Origin: Candidatus Melainabacteria bacterium 17Bon1m
Lineage (GTDB): Bacteria > Cyanobacteriota > Vampirovibrionia > Obscuribacterales > Obscuribacteraceae
Length of the DNA stretch: 64,000 nucleotides
Reading direction: 5' to 3'
Assembly: GCA_032128875.1 (NCBI GenBank)
Contig: JAVLKG010000001.1
Location: 320,001-384,000 of the forward strand
Shown here: positions 48,469-58,643 of the stretch, one piece after another
How the letters are laid out: each line of letters opens with the position of its first letter
Numbering within the stretch: the stretch's first letter is position 1
Notes under the pieces: generated by a model
The model's input: the letters and a program-made list of their open reading frames with translations, nothing else
The model's database searches: none
Told to the model about the DNA's origin: nothing
Translations under genes and position numbers: made by a program

Positions 48469-51400
48469 TTACTTGCGCATTCTCTTCTTCATGAATTCTC
48501 CGGCTGCAATGTCTTCAACGGATAGACCTTGTTTTCTGAGCGCTTCAATAAAGGGATCAACTGAGTTTTTAGCAGTTTGTTTGTCACTGCTTTCTGTCCG
48601 ATTGTCAGGGGGCTCCTTCTTTGCTCCGTTTTCCTTGGGAGCGAGTGCCTTACTCTCTCGCTTAACTGACTTCTTCACTTCTATCACTTCTTGTTTCTCG
48701 TCCTGTGGGGGGTCACCCTCATCCACAGGCAGATGTAGTATTTGGGGATCTGTCAAACCATTGGATAAATATGAGGCAACGCTCTCCTCGACGGTCGAGT
48801 CGTCGCTTAGCGGACGAAATAGAAATTCTAGTTCTTGCTCAGTGATGTTTATAGACGCAGCTTTCTTCTCATCGAATATGCCTTCGGCAAGTACTTTCTT
48901 CTTTTCTTGTAGTTGCAGCATACGCTCTTCAATTGTGCCTGCCGCAATTGCCTTGTAGACAAAGACGGGCTTGGTTTGACCAATTCGATGAGCTCGATCT
49001 GTCGCCTGATTTTCGACTGCAGGGTTCCACCACGGGTCATAGTGAATAACTGTATCCGCGGCGGTGAGATTTAGACCTGTACCACCCGCCTTAAGGCTCA
49101 GAAGGAAAACTGGAACTTCGCCTGCTTGAAACTTTCTCACAGGCTCAGCGCGATCTTTTGTATCTCCTCTGATCTGAACAAAATCAATTTTTAGAGCTTG
49201 GAGTTCCGCTGCGATAATATCGAGCATGCTCGTGAATTGTGAAAAGATGAGGATCTTGCGCCCCTCATCGACGAGTTCAGTGACCATGTCTAAAACCCTG
49301 CGCAATTTGCTGCTGTCTTTAGCTTTATGATTGAATTTTGTGCCAATCAAGCGTGGGTCACAACAAACCTGTCGTAAGCGCAGCAATGCTTCCAATATCG
49401 CAATCTGGCTGCGTTTGAAGCCCTTCAATAGAATTTCTTCTTTTACTTTTTCATGCATTGTTAGTCTAACGGTCTCATATAAGTCGCGTTGAGCACCGTC
49501 AAGCTGCACGCTTTCTATCATTACTGTTTTTGCTGGAAGTTCTTTTGCTACTTCAGTTTTTGTTCTGCGCAGTAGGAAGGGGCGAACTCTCTGTGACAAT
49601 ATGGCTTGTCGGGTCCGATCTCCATGCTTTTCAATCGGTTGTCTAAAAAAGGAACCAAAGTTTTTTTGATCTCCGAGATAACCAGGAATCAAGAAGTGAA
49701 ACTGTGACCACAAATCACCCAGGTGATTTTCAACCGGCGTTCCCGTTAAGCAAATTCTATAGTTTGCTTGCAACTGAAACGCGCTCTGTGCTGCTAATGT
49801 ACCTGGGTTCCTTATGAACTGAGCTTCGTCGAGAACAACAACATGCCAATTGCGTTTTGCTAATTGATGTTTGTCACGGTGAAGCAATGCATAAGTTGTG
49901 ACAACAATATCGTGCTCGTATACTTCACCGAAATTATTCTGCCGGTCGGCTCCATATAACGCCAGAACACGGAGTGTGGGCGTGAACTTTTTGGCTTCAT
50001 TAACCCAGTTTGGCAGAACGCTCGTGGGACAAACGATAAGAGCCGGGTAGTCCAATCGTCCCTCCGTCTTCTCGATTAAGATGTGGCAAAGAGTTTGAAC
50101 TGTTTTTCCTAATCCCATGTCATCGGCAAGAATTCCGCCGGACTCAAACTCACGAATAAAATTGAGCCAGCCTAAACCTTCTTTTTGATAATCACGCAGA
50201 GTGGCCTGGAATTCTGGTGGGGCTTCAAGTGCGGAAATTCCCTTAAACGATTTGACCCTTTTCGCCAACTCATTAAGTCGCGTTTGGTTTTCAAACGTTA
50301 TTCCAATGTTAGCGAGATCTGCAGCTTGCCAGGGATTGATACTTATTTCGTCGGCTTGGGCGCTGCGATCGAATATGTCCAGAATTACACTGAGTAAGTC
50401 TTTTACTCGCTCGAAAGGTAAAGCTACGTGGCGACCATCTTCAAGAGGTGCGTAAAACTTTCCATCAACATTTAGGCTGTCCAAGTCGTCAGGGGTGAAG
50501 ACAAAGGGAGCTCTTCTCAAGGCGTCAAGAAGAATCGGCAACAGCGGTATTCGCTCTCCCTCTACTTCGATACCTATTTCGAGAGAAAACCACCAGCTGC
50601 CATTGTCTTCAACTTCGCTGGACCACTCATCTTCGGCTTCTACGCTCTCGACTGTAAAAGATGGATCAATTTCTACGGTCCAGCCGGACTCTTGAAGCTT
50701 TGGCAGCTGTGACTTTAGAAACCTAAACCAGGTGGTTGCAGTTATTACCTTTTCGTTGGCAGCAACTGAGGGAATGAACAAAAGTTTGTCGCTAGGACGA
50801 ATATAATTGGGCAGAGCCTCCAATCCACTTTGCTGCAACTGGCGAATTGCAGAACGCTCCATCTCCAGATTTCGGTTGATTATCGTAATAACGTTTCCCT
50901 CAATAGAGGAAATTTGTTTGTTGTTGGACTCTAAATCAATTCCCGGGACACCATAATCAAACACTGCCGCTACATATGGTGCTTTATGACCAAATGCAAA
51001 TCCTCTGCGTAATAGAGTGTCGTCTGCGTAGGTAACAGTCTTGGACTGAAGAATTAGTTTCTTGACTGGATCTCTGTCTACTGTTCTTCTCTCAAAATTA
51101 TCGATTGGCAGAGCTGCTTCATCGTCGGGCAAAAATCTTTTGAGGGCTGTGCGAACTGCTGCGGTCTCTGTTGGCTCTAATTCAGGAGCATCAAGCAAAA
51201 CCTCTATAACACTCGCTGCAATAGGAAGTTTTAGCGGACCAGATTCCCAATTGGCAGTGTCTACGTACCAAGGATGTGGATCAAGAAAAGCTAGAATATT
51301 CGATTTATCAACGGTAATGGCAGGCTTTTGTCTGCCACTAGGCAACAACGTCCAAGAGACGCTCGCCGCTAATGGATGACCAAGTTTGAGCGGGGGCTCA

Positions 51401-52140
51401 TTTACATCTCTGAAATAGCATCTCCCTGTGTTGAGCATGCTGATGAAAAGTTTTGTCATTATTCCAGCATCTTGATCCGCTGTTCCATACGAATAATTAT
51501 TGAAAAATGTGTTGAGCATAGTTGCAATCAGCTTATCGTCGACATTGCCATACTCCTCGATCTGGTATAAGACGTCATCATGCGAAATTTCGATTAGTGT
51601 TGGCCCTCTTTTATTTGCCTTCGCATAATAAATTGTGGGAGTGAGGTCGTATTCAAGATTGTCCGGTGAATTCAATATGTAGACGAGATTGCTCTTATCG
51701 TCGATATCTGGCGAATCTTTTGTTTTTTTAGCGCCCCGAGCGGCAATATTGAGCTCATGTAGCCAAGCAACAGTTTTTGCAGTCAAAAAATGTCCTTCAG
51801 GAGTTACAAACTTACCGGTATCTTCGCCATCAAAACCAAATATCTGACCAGCAGTTAGAAGCATCGCCGCAGAATGCTTGCAGTCATAATTGACTGGACA
51901 AGTACACTGACTTGTATATATGACCCATCCAGATTTCCGTTTTGAGAACCGAACACGCACTAAGTAAGGCTTTTTCTTCGAGCCTCGGACATAAGCACTG
52001 ATGCTTGGCATCGCGATGTCGAAGGTATCTACAAGAACTCTGTTTTCCAGGGCATAGACTTCGCCCCGACCGAAAGTTGCGGAGTCGAAATATTCCGCCA
52101 GCTGAGCGCGGCTGATAGGAAGTTGCCTCTTGGCTGGCAT
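48469..52140 (-). CDS. SWIM zinc finger / SNF2-family helicase
   Basis: CTCP..YDCKH; LRDYQ, LADDMGLGKT, DEAQ, TGTPVEN, GGTGLNL, QATDRAHRIGQ. Confidence 0.96.
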   Translation of the reverse strand: MPAKRQLPISRAQLAEYFDSATFGRGEVYALENRVLVDTFDIAMPSISAYVRGSKKKPYLVRVRFSKRKSGWVIYTSQCTCPVNYDCKHSAAMLLTAGQIFGFDGEDTGKFVTPEGHFLTAKTVAWLHELNIAARGAKKTKDSPDIDDKSNLVYILNSPDNLEYDLTPTIYYAKANKRGPTLIEISHDDVLYQIEEYGNVDDKLIATMLNTFFNNYSYGTADQDAGIMTKLFISMLNTGRCYFRDVNEPPLKLGHPLAASVSWTLLPSGRQKPAITVDKSNILAFLDPHPWYVDTANWESGPLKLPIAASVIEVLLDAPELEPTETAAVRTALKRFLPDDEAALPIDNFERRTVDRDPVKKLILQSKTVTYADDTLLRRGFAFGHKAPYVAAVFDYGVPGIDLESNNKQISSIEGNVITIINRNLEMERSAIRQLQQSGLEALPNYIRPSDKLLFIPSVAANEKVITATTWFRFLKSQLPKLQESGWTVEIDPSFTVESVEAEDEWSSEVEDNGSWWFSLEIGIEVEGERIPLLPILLDALRRAPFVFTPDDLDSLNVDGKFYAPLEDGRHVALPFERVKDLLSVILDIFDRSAQADEISINPWQAADLANIGITFENQTRLNELAKRVKSFKGISALEAPPEFQATLRDYQKEGLGWLNFIREFESGGILADDMGLGKTVQTLCHILIEKTEGRLDYPALIVCPTSVLPNWVNEAKKFTPTLRVLALYGADRQNNFGEVYEHDIVVTTYALLHRDKHQLAKRNWHVVVLDEAQFIRNPGTLAAQSAFQLQANYRICLTGTPVENHLGDLWSQFHFLIPGYLGDQKNFGSFFRQPIEKHGDRTRQAILSQRVRPFLLRRTKTEVAKELPAKTVMIESVQLDGAQRDLYETVRLTMHEKVKEEILLKGFKRSQIAILEALLRLRQVCCDPRLIGTKFNHKAKDSSKLRRVLDMVTELVDEGRKILIFSQFTSMLDIIAAELQALKIDFVQIRGDTKDRAEPVRKFQAGEVPVFLLSLKAGGTGLNLTAADTVIHYDPWWNPAVENQATDRAHRIGQTKPVFVYKAIAAGTIEERMLQLQEKKKVLAEGIFDEKKAASINITEQELEFLFRPLSDDSTVEESVASYLSNGLTDPQILHLPVDEGDPPQDEKQEVIEVKKSVKRESKALAPKENGAKKEPPDNRTESSDKQTAKNSVDPFIEALRKQGLSVEDIAAGEFMKKRMRK

Positions 52141-52341
52141 CTTGTATTCCCCCGAATGCAGCTATTGTATTTCCCGCGGCAAAAACTAGTGTGAGTTGCC
52201 GCTTTTTTATAGACGACTCCGCCTCAAAAAAAGTTCAAACCGCCCCCAAAGTTGGTTCAGGGTTAACCCTATTACCGTCCTAAACGGCATCCCCAATGAT
52301 GGGGATGGTTGATCTTTCTCAGTGCGCGAGGGAGTTGGATT

Positions 52342-53286
52342 ATGAATCCTATGCGTTCACTGTTTCTCTCGATTTCGAGAATTCCGCCCGCAATGATGTT
52401 GTTGATTATTGTGGGCTTGGCGTCACTGGTCACATTTCAAGTCAGCAGCTATGTAAATGGTACGAAAAATAAGTACGATGACGAGCTCAATCGTCTGAAA
52501 GAGGCTCAGGCAGCCAAAGGAAAGGTTGTCTACGCAATTAGAGATATTCCAGAAGGTATGGCAATCTCAATGGAAGCTCTCGAAGAAAGAGAGTTGGAAG
52601 TCGGAAAGATTCCTGTGGACAGCGTGTCGAATGCAAGTCTTGTGGCTGGTCGCATCAGCAAGTTTGGCATTGCCTCGGGACAGTTGCTCTCGCAACATGA
52701 CCTGGCACCACAAGGAATGTCGCTCGGATTTGAAGCGCGTCTTATGCAAGGCATGCGCGCCGTCACGTTCGCAGTTGATACCAATAGTGGCGTAGCTGGA
52801 TTCTTGAATCCGGAAAGTCATGTTGATGTGCTTGCTATGGTTGGTGCTGGCGCTGAAACAAAGGCTTCACCGATTCTCTCCGATATCGAAGTAATTGCGG
52901 TTGGTCAAACATATCAGCGTCAACCCGGTCAGCAAGCGGCGACACCGGCAAGTTCGGTTACTGTAGCTGTCACTCCGGAAGATGCGCAGAAGCTCGTCAA
53001 AGCGGTCGCAGCAAGCAAGTTGTATCTGTCCTTGCGTAATGAGAAAGACCACCAACCTATCGCAACGGTTGATGTAACCTCGCTTTTCGCCAAGCCGGTC
53101 AAAGCCGATCCGAATATTGCCATGCTGCCGGGTCCGAGCAGTTTGACGATTCCTGAACCACCAGCTCTGACGGGCTTAGGCAACTCAGGCGAATCATCCG
53201 CTGCAATTGCGCCTCCCAAGCCGCCTCACGAGATTGAAGTTTGGGCTGGCGGTCGCAAGGACGTGGTCTCAGTTCCTGTCAAATAG
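52342..53286 (+). CDS. cpaB: Flp pilus assembly protein CpaB (SAF plus RcpC domains)
   Basis: N-terminal TM, VVYAIRDIPEG, GMRAVT, GVAGFLNP..HVDV, VIAVG, LSLRN. Confidence 0.9.
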   Translation: MNPMRSLFLSISRIPPAMMLLIIVGLASLVTFQVSSYVNGTKNKYDDELNRLKEAQAAKGKVVYAIRDIPEGMAISMEALEERELEVGKIPVDSVSNASLVAGRISKFGIASGQLLSQHDLAPQGMSLGFEARLMQGMRAVTFAVDTNSGVAGFLNPESHVDVLAMVGAGAETKASPILSDIEVIAVGQTYQRQPGQQAATPASSVTVAVTPEDAQKLVKAVAASKLYLSLRNEKDHQPIATVDVTSLFAKPVKADPNIAMLPGPSSLTIPEPPALTGLGNSGESSAAIAPPKPPHEIEVWAGGRKDVVSVPVK

Positions 53287-53367
53287 TGGGATTTGGCAGA
53301 AACACCTGAGAGTCGCGCTTCGATTGCTTTAAGGAAAGCAGGAGTCGGACCCGGTCCGGCTCCTGTT

Positions 53368-53730
53368 CTATAGTTTTTTGAAATTTCCGAACCTGGCGAC
53401 AAGCGCCGCCACAGCTTCTTTGACTTCCTTGCCTTTAACCAGAGCCGGAATTTCGTTGTCTTTGTCCAACTGTTTGAGCGCCTCCTCGGCTTTCTCTCTA
53501 ACCTGCTGCACCGGATGACCCTTGGCGACGACGTAGAGGGGCGGGATGCTAATTTCGCGTTTTTCCTTGGCTAGCTGCTCGATAGAAATCATCGCAGCCG
53601 TAGGGTCGTTGCTTTTAAGCCCGCCAATGGTCATTTTGAACGTCACTGAGTCCAGTTTCGCTATAAAGCCCTTGGTTGCGCCTTTCACCGCTTCTTCGAC
53701 CATTTGCAATTGACTTAAGAAATCCGACAC
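53368..53730 (-). CDS. Hypothetical helical (HEAT-like) protein
   Basis: GTG after AGGGGGG; HPVQQVREKAEEAL. Confidence 0.7.
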   Translation of the reverse strand: MSDFLSQLQMVEEAVKGATKGFIAKLDSVTFKMTIGGLKSNDPTAAMISIEQLAKEKREISIPPLYVVAKGHPVQQVREKAEEALKQLDKDNEIPALVKGKEVKEAVAALVARFGNFKKL

Positions 53731-54010
53731 GCCGCCCCCTTGTCTAGCCTGGTCTCCGCGAATTTAATATGCATTCTATGCGCTTTATTCCCCGTCGGGT
53801 GGCAGTTGTTTAGATGCCAAACCCTTGGATGTTCCAGGCGTGGATTCGGAATTGGCGCCCGCTCTCATCGGAGCCCAATCAGATACAAACTTTTAGGTAA
53901 AAAATGCTGCCAGACCGTACCGAGGGGAGAAATCTCGGCCCTAAATGGGGTATTAATTGGAATAGATATTACATAACTTTTGTCTCTTCATCTGACCGGG
54001 TGAAATATCG

Positions 54011-55270
54011 ATGAACGAAGGAAGAAACGCAAAACGCGCCTCTGTTTACAGCCGAGCTTTTCTTAGAACTGCGGCGGTGGTGCTGCTGGCTTTCAACACA
54101 GTGCCCGTTGTACATGCAGCCGGACCCGTAAATGAAACAGCTTTGCGCAGCGCATGGGCGCTGTACACGCAGCAAAAGTATCGAGAGTCCTCGGACGCGT
54201 TTGAAGCCTTAATTGCTTCATCCACTCCCAATGCCCGGTTGTATTATTATGCAGCTCTCGCGCATCGCGCTAGTAATCGAACCGCGCGTGCTAAGCAACT
54301 TTGCCAATACATCACATCTACGTTCCCTAGTGCTCCAGAAGCAGCTTTCGCACAGAAGCTCTTTCCAGGCAGCGCGCCAACTTCAACAGCTTCAGCATCT
54401 GGCGCTGATCCCGTACCTGATTCTCTCAAAGGCAAATCGACCGAAGAAATGTTGAAGTCCGAAGAAGGTAGGAGATATGTCGCTGAGCAGCTCGCCAAAA
54501 AAGAGTCTGGCGCAGGTTCGAGGCTCCAAGAAGTTTCGCCTATGTTAGCGAAATGGAAAGAGAGTGGAAAACCTGGAGCACGCGTCTTCACTGCGGCTGA
54601 TATTGCTAAGGAAGGAGCAAACGGTATCGACCAAATGTACTATCCGAATTGCTGGTTTGAAAGCACGATGTCGACTCTCGCACAGTTGCCGCGTGGACAA
54701 AGATTGATGGCGGATATGGTCAGTTATGGTCACAAGGAAGGAACTTATGTAGTGCGCTTTCCAGGTGACGGGCGCATCTACAACATTGACGAAAAACTAT
54801 TGGAAGACAAGAAAATTCACAACAAAGCTCTTTGGGCAACATTGATTGAGTGTGGTCAGGTTTTGAAATTCCCATCGGACAATGGCAATCTGCTGTCTGA
54901 AGGCTTGTCTACATTGACAGGTCAAAAGTCACAATCCCTCGATCCTGAAGACGCATCAGAACAAGAGCTGTCTTCTTTTATAGATGGTGCAGTCAAGTCT
55001 CAGAATCCAATCATTTGTGCAACGCACAATGGAATTCCTGCTGGCATGCCTTATATCGTAGAGACAAATCACGCATACACCATTATTGGTTTTGAACCAT
55101 CGAGCGGCATGATCGTCATTAGAAATCCGCACGGCGCCAACTCACGTCGTTTTGCTCTGAAAAACGATCCGCGTCACGAGAAATTTGAAATGATGGACGA
55201 TGGTGTTTTCAGAATACATATGTCCCTTTTCAAAAAGTATTTTGATGAGGTCGCCAGAGCGAACATCTGA
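54011..55270 (+). CDS. Secreted TPR plus calpain-like (papain-fold) cysteine protease
   Basis: Signal peptide; TPR-like N-terminus; IDQ...PNCWF, NHAYTI, IRNPHG triad. Confidence 0.85.
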   Translation: MNEGRNAKRASVYSRAFLRTAAVVLLAFNTVPVVHAAGPVNETALRSAWALYTQQKYRESSDAFEALIASSTPNARLYYYAALAHRASNRTARAKQLCQYITSTFPSAPEAAFAQKLFPGSAPTSTASASGADPVPDSLKGKSTEEMLKSEEGRRYVAEQLAKKESGAGSRLQEVSPMLAKWKESGKPGARVFTAADIAKEGANGIDQMYYPNCWFESTMSTLAQLPRGQRLMADMVSYGHKEGTYVVRFPGDGRIYNIDEKLLEDKKIHNKALWATLIECGQVLKFPSDNGNLLSEGLSTLTGQKSQSLDPEDASEQELSSFIDGAVKSQNPIICATHNGIPAGMPYIVETNHAYTIIGFEPSSGMIVIRNPHGANSRRFALKNDPRHEKFEMMDDGVFRIHMSLFKKYFDEVARANI

Positions 55271-55274
55271 TTTT

Positions 55275-56483
55275 ATGAAACATGTCAAGCCTAGCGTACT
55301 AGCCATTTCGCTGTTGGTGGTGCATTCTTGCAGCTACGCACTAGCTTCCGGGCCCGCAGATGAAGCGGCAATTCGTAATGCGTATTTGCTATACACACAG
55401 AATAAATTCGTTCCGGCAGCAGATGCGTTCGAGACACTAATCAGAACGTCGACGCCGAGTTCGCGCCTCTACTACTACGCTGCTGCTGCAAATAAAGCTG
55501 CCGGCAGAATTCCGCGTGCTCAGCAACTCTGCCAATACATCACTACAAATTTTTCCAGTAGTCCGGAGGCTGTGCACGCGCAGCAACTGTTTCAGAGTGC
55601 CTCCGCAACAGCTGCTGGTACAGGTCCAGTTCCAGTTAAGGGACTGCCAGAGCATTTAAAAGGAAAAAGTATCGATGAACTGATGGAGACAGAAGAGGGC
55701 CGCATGGCACTGAAGACGGCGATGGCAAGCGTGCCAGCCAGCGGAGCTAGATCTACCGGTATTTCTAAAACACCTCAGTCTATATCCAAAGCTCCCCGAC
55801 CGCGTGATGCTGCATTTACTGCTGAGATTATTGCAGCTGAGGGCGCCGATGGAATTATTCCTTTTATTAAGAAACCTGATGCTGGTTTGGAGTGCTCGAT
55901 GGCCGCGATGGCACTTTTGCCGCGGGGAAGGGAGATTCTCGCTGACATGATTCGCTGTCCCAGTTCGCAAGACATTTACATTGTTCGCTTTCCCAACAGC
56001 GCAACCGATTATCAGATTACGCCGGAGAAAATCGAGTCTTATCATATGAAGGACAAGGCACTCTGGGCGACCCTTATTCATGCGGCTGCACGCGAGAATC
56101 CCGCTTATAATCTCGAGCAGGGTCTTTCGATGATGACTGGACATCCCGCGGAGAAAATATTTGCAAGCAGTACCAGTGAGGCCGTTTTGGCTCTTTTCAT
56201 TGGCGATGCGGTACGAAATCAGCATCCTGTCGTCTGTCTATCCACAGATAAAGTTCCTAAGCCCGAACTAGTCGAAGAATTCGCTGGATACACCATTACG
56301 GGATTTGACTCAGCAAGTGGAATGGTGACGTTGAGAAACCCACATGCAGGAAACTCCAGGCGTTTTCGTTTGGAAGAAGATCCGCATCGCAAGAAATTTG
56401 AACAAATGAACGACGGATACTTTAAAATGCATATTTCCTTATTTCCTAAATACTTCAAGGAAGTAGCTCGCTCTCCACTCTAA
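55275..56483 (+). CDS. Secreted TPR plus catalytically dead calpain-like paralog
   Basis: Aligns along its length with the upstream gene; PDAGL and FAGYTI replace the Cys and His motifs. Confidence 0.82.
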   Translation: MKHVKPSVLAISLLVVHSCSYALASGPADEAAIRNAYLLYTQNKFVPAADAFETLIRTSTPSSRLYYYAAAANKAAGRIPRAQQLCQYITTNFSSSPEAVHAQQLFQSASATAAGTGPVPVKGLPEHLKGKSIDELMETEEGRMALKTAMASVPASGARSTGISKTPQSISKAPRPRDAAFTAEIIAAEGADGIIPFIKKPDAGLECSMAAMALLPRGREILADMIRCPSSQDIYIVRFPNSATDYQITPEKIESYHMKDKALWATLIHAAARENPAYNLEQGLSMMTGHPAEKIFASSTSEAVLALFIGDAVRNQHPVVCLSTDKVPKPELVEEFAGYTITGFDSASGMVTLRNPHAGNSRRFRLEEDPHRKKFEQMNDGYFKMHISLFPKYFKEVARSPL

Positions 56484-58643
56484 ATGCCTAACGACCCAGA
56501 CAACGCTGCTTCCGATCCTGCCAACTTTTCGTCTGCCTCAGGAGCAGAGCTTTCGCCTGGCACCATAATCAATGACACTTACAAAGTTGTTTCGCTCATA
56601 GGCAGAGGCGGAATGGGCGCGGTCTATCGCGTTCATCAGGAGATGCTCGGAAAAGATTTCGCCATCAAAGTATTGGACTTGCAACAGACGACTGATGTTG
56701 CGGTGCGACGGTTTCAACAGGAGGCGCGTACTGCCTCTCAATTGCAGCATCCCAATCTTGTCGAGGTGCATGACTTTGGCATGTTTGGTGATGACCAACC
56801 TTTTCTTGTGATGGATCTCGTTGAAGGTGTTTCACTCTCGGAGATTTTGAAAAAGAAAGGTTCACTTCCTGTTGAATTTGTTGTAGGGATGAGCATACAA
56901 ATTTGTTTTGGTTTGATGTATGCGCACGAAAAGGGCGTGGTGCACCGCGATATAAAACCGGGCAATATCATGCTCTTACATCCTGATGAACAGTCCCGAG
57001 AAGGAACAGTAAAGATTGTCGATTTTGGTATTGCAAAGTTAGTTCAATCAGAAAGCGGAGAGATCCAAACACTCACGAAGACTGGTGAGATATTTGGAAG
57101 CCCTTTGTACATGAGTCCGGAGCAATGCAAGGGCGATCCGGTGGACAGGCGTTCGGACATTTATTCTCTAGGGTGCGTAATGTTCGAATGTCTCACAGGA
57201 TCGCCGCCATTCTTTGGCGACACTGCGATGTCTACCATGATGAAGCGCTTGTCAGAGCCACCTGTTAGCCTGAAGGAAGGCTCTTTGGGACGTGATTTCC
57301 CTCCTGGGTTGGAAAATACAGTTCGCAAGATGCTGGCGATTGAACCCAACGATCGGTACCAGGATCTTAGTGCGGTTATTAAAGACTTGATGGCTGTACA
57401 ACGTTCAGACTCTAGCGCAACTGCAGTTGAAACGGTAGCGGAAGCCGACAAGCGTGACCGCCGCGGTGAGTTTGTTGTGATGCTTGTCGTGTTGGCACTT
57501 TTGTCTGTCGTTGGCACATTAGCCGTTGATGCGTATGTGATTTTCCCGCAGATGGCGAAAGAGGAAATTGCTCAACAAAAGTTGGCTGAAGATCGAGCCA
57601 AATATGGAAAAAAGATCTCTGCAGAGGAGGCAAGCGCTAAACAGGCGGCTGAGAAAAAGGCGCTCATTGATGACTCGGAGAAGGCGAAGCTTAGTCTTCA
57701 GAAAGTATTGAATCAGCAGGATGCACAATATCCTTATTTGATTACTGAGAAAACTCCGAACGGCGCGAAGCAGTTTATTGTCTTTCCTTTTGACATTGGT
57801 GTCATATCTATTGACTTTGAGTATCCTGGGCGAAGGGCGTTTCAAAAAATTGAACTGCCACCGAATTCGTCTATCGTGCTGAGATTGAACAAAGAACCCA
57901 GCACCGATCCTAGCCTTCTGAAAAATTTGACTCATCAGCATTTCGCTTCCATAGAATACGGAAGCACCGCGGGAGTGAATAGCAAGACTATAGAGATTCT
58001 TGAATTCATTCCATACTTGTCGGCATTGAAGCTCGAGGGCTCTGAAGTCGACTCTCTGCAGCCGATATACAAAAACACGGTATTGAATGGTCTTGAGGTC
58101 ATGAATACATTGGTACCTGTTTCTGAGCTCTTAAAGTTGCAACGTTTGAAGCACCTCCAGTATCTTACTTTTGGACCTACTGAAAATACCACCGCGCTTC
58201 TCAAGGAACTTGCGCGTCACAACACAATCGGCAGAATTCACTTTAAGCCGAGCGCGGCAAAGAAAAATGCAAAAGGCGAATACATCAAACAATTTGATGT
58301 CGCGACCTTATCGAAGTTGACAAATTTGCAAGGACTCGGGATCGAAAGTGCACTCACTTTTACAGATGAAGACCTTGAACAGCTGACGACGCTAAAAAAA
58401 CTGCGGGCGATTGTTCTTAGAAACACTGGCGTAACACCAAAATCTATTAACACATTTAAAAAGTTTCCACATCTCGAGCTAGTGAGAGTCTCGCGCGATA
58501 ATTGGCCAGATGCAGATCTGGCAAAACTGCGAAAAGTCGTGAAAAAACTTGAGGTCTCTGGAAGCCGGCAAGATATGCGTGACGTCTTAAAAAGAGACTT
58601 TCCCGATCTCGGGCGACAACTGCAGACGGATCCCAGGTTTTGA
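56484..58643 (+). CDS. Ser/Thr receptor kinase with TM and extracellular LRR-like domain
   Basis: GRGGMG, AIK, HRDIKPGN, DFG, MSPE; TM; L..L.L repeats. Confidence 0.93.
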   Translation: MPNDPDNAASDPANFSSASGAELSPGTIINDTYKVVSLIGRGGMGAVYRVHQEMLGKDFAIKVLDLQQTTDVAVRRFQQEARTASQLQHPNLVEVHDFGMFGDDQPFLVMDLVEGVSLSEILKKKGSLPVEFVVGMSIQICFGLMYAHEKGVVHRDIKPGNIMLLHPDEQSREGTVKIVDFGIAKLVQSESGEIQTLTKTGEIFGSPLYMSPEQCKGDPVDRRSDIYSLGCVMFECLTGSPPFFGDTAMSTMMKRLSEPPVSLKEGSLGRDFPPGLENTVRKMLAIEPNDRYQDLSAVIKDLMAVQRSDSSATAVETVAEADKRDRRGEFVVMLVVLALLSVVGTLAVDAYVIFPQMAKEEIAQQKLAEDRAKYGKKISAEEASAKQAAEKKALIDDSEKAKLSLQKVLNQQDAQYPYLITEKTPNGAKQFIVFPFDIGVISIDFEYPGRRAFQKIELPPNSSIVLRLNKEPSTDPSLLKNLTHQHFASIEYGSTAGVNSKTIEILEFIPYLSALKLEGSEVDSLQPIYKNTVLNGLEVMNTLVPVSELLKLQRLKHLQYLTFGPTENTTALLKELARHNTIGRIHFKPSAAKKNAKGEYIKQFDVATLSKLTNLQGLGIESALTFTDEDLEQLTTLKKLRAIVLRNTGVTPKSINTFKKFPHLELVRVSRDNWPDADLAKLRKVVKKLEVSGSRQDMRDVLKRDFPDLGRQLQTDPRF

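Noticed and set aside
48469-52140. Anti-phage system built on the SNF2 helicase
   Set aside because: Ordinary SWIM-SNF2 architecture with no methylase, nuclease or other partner genes
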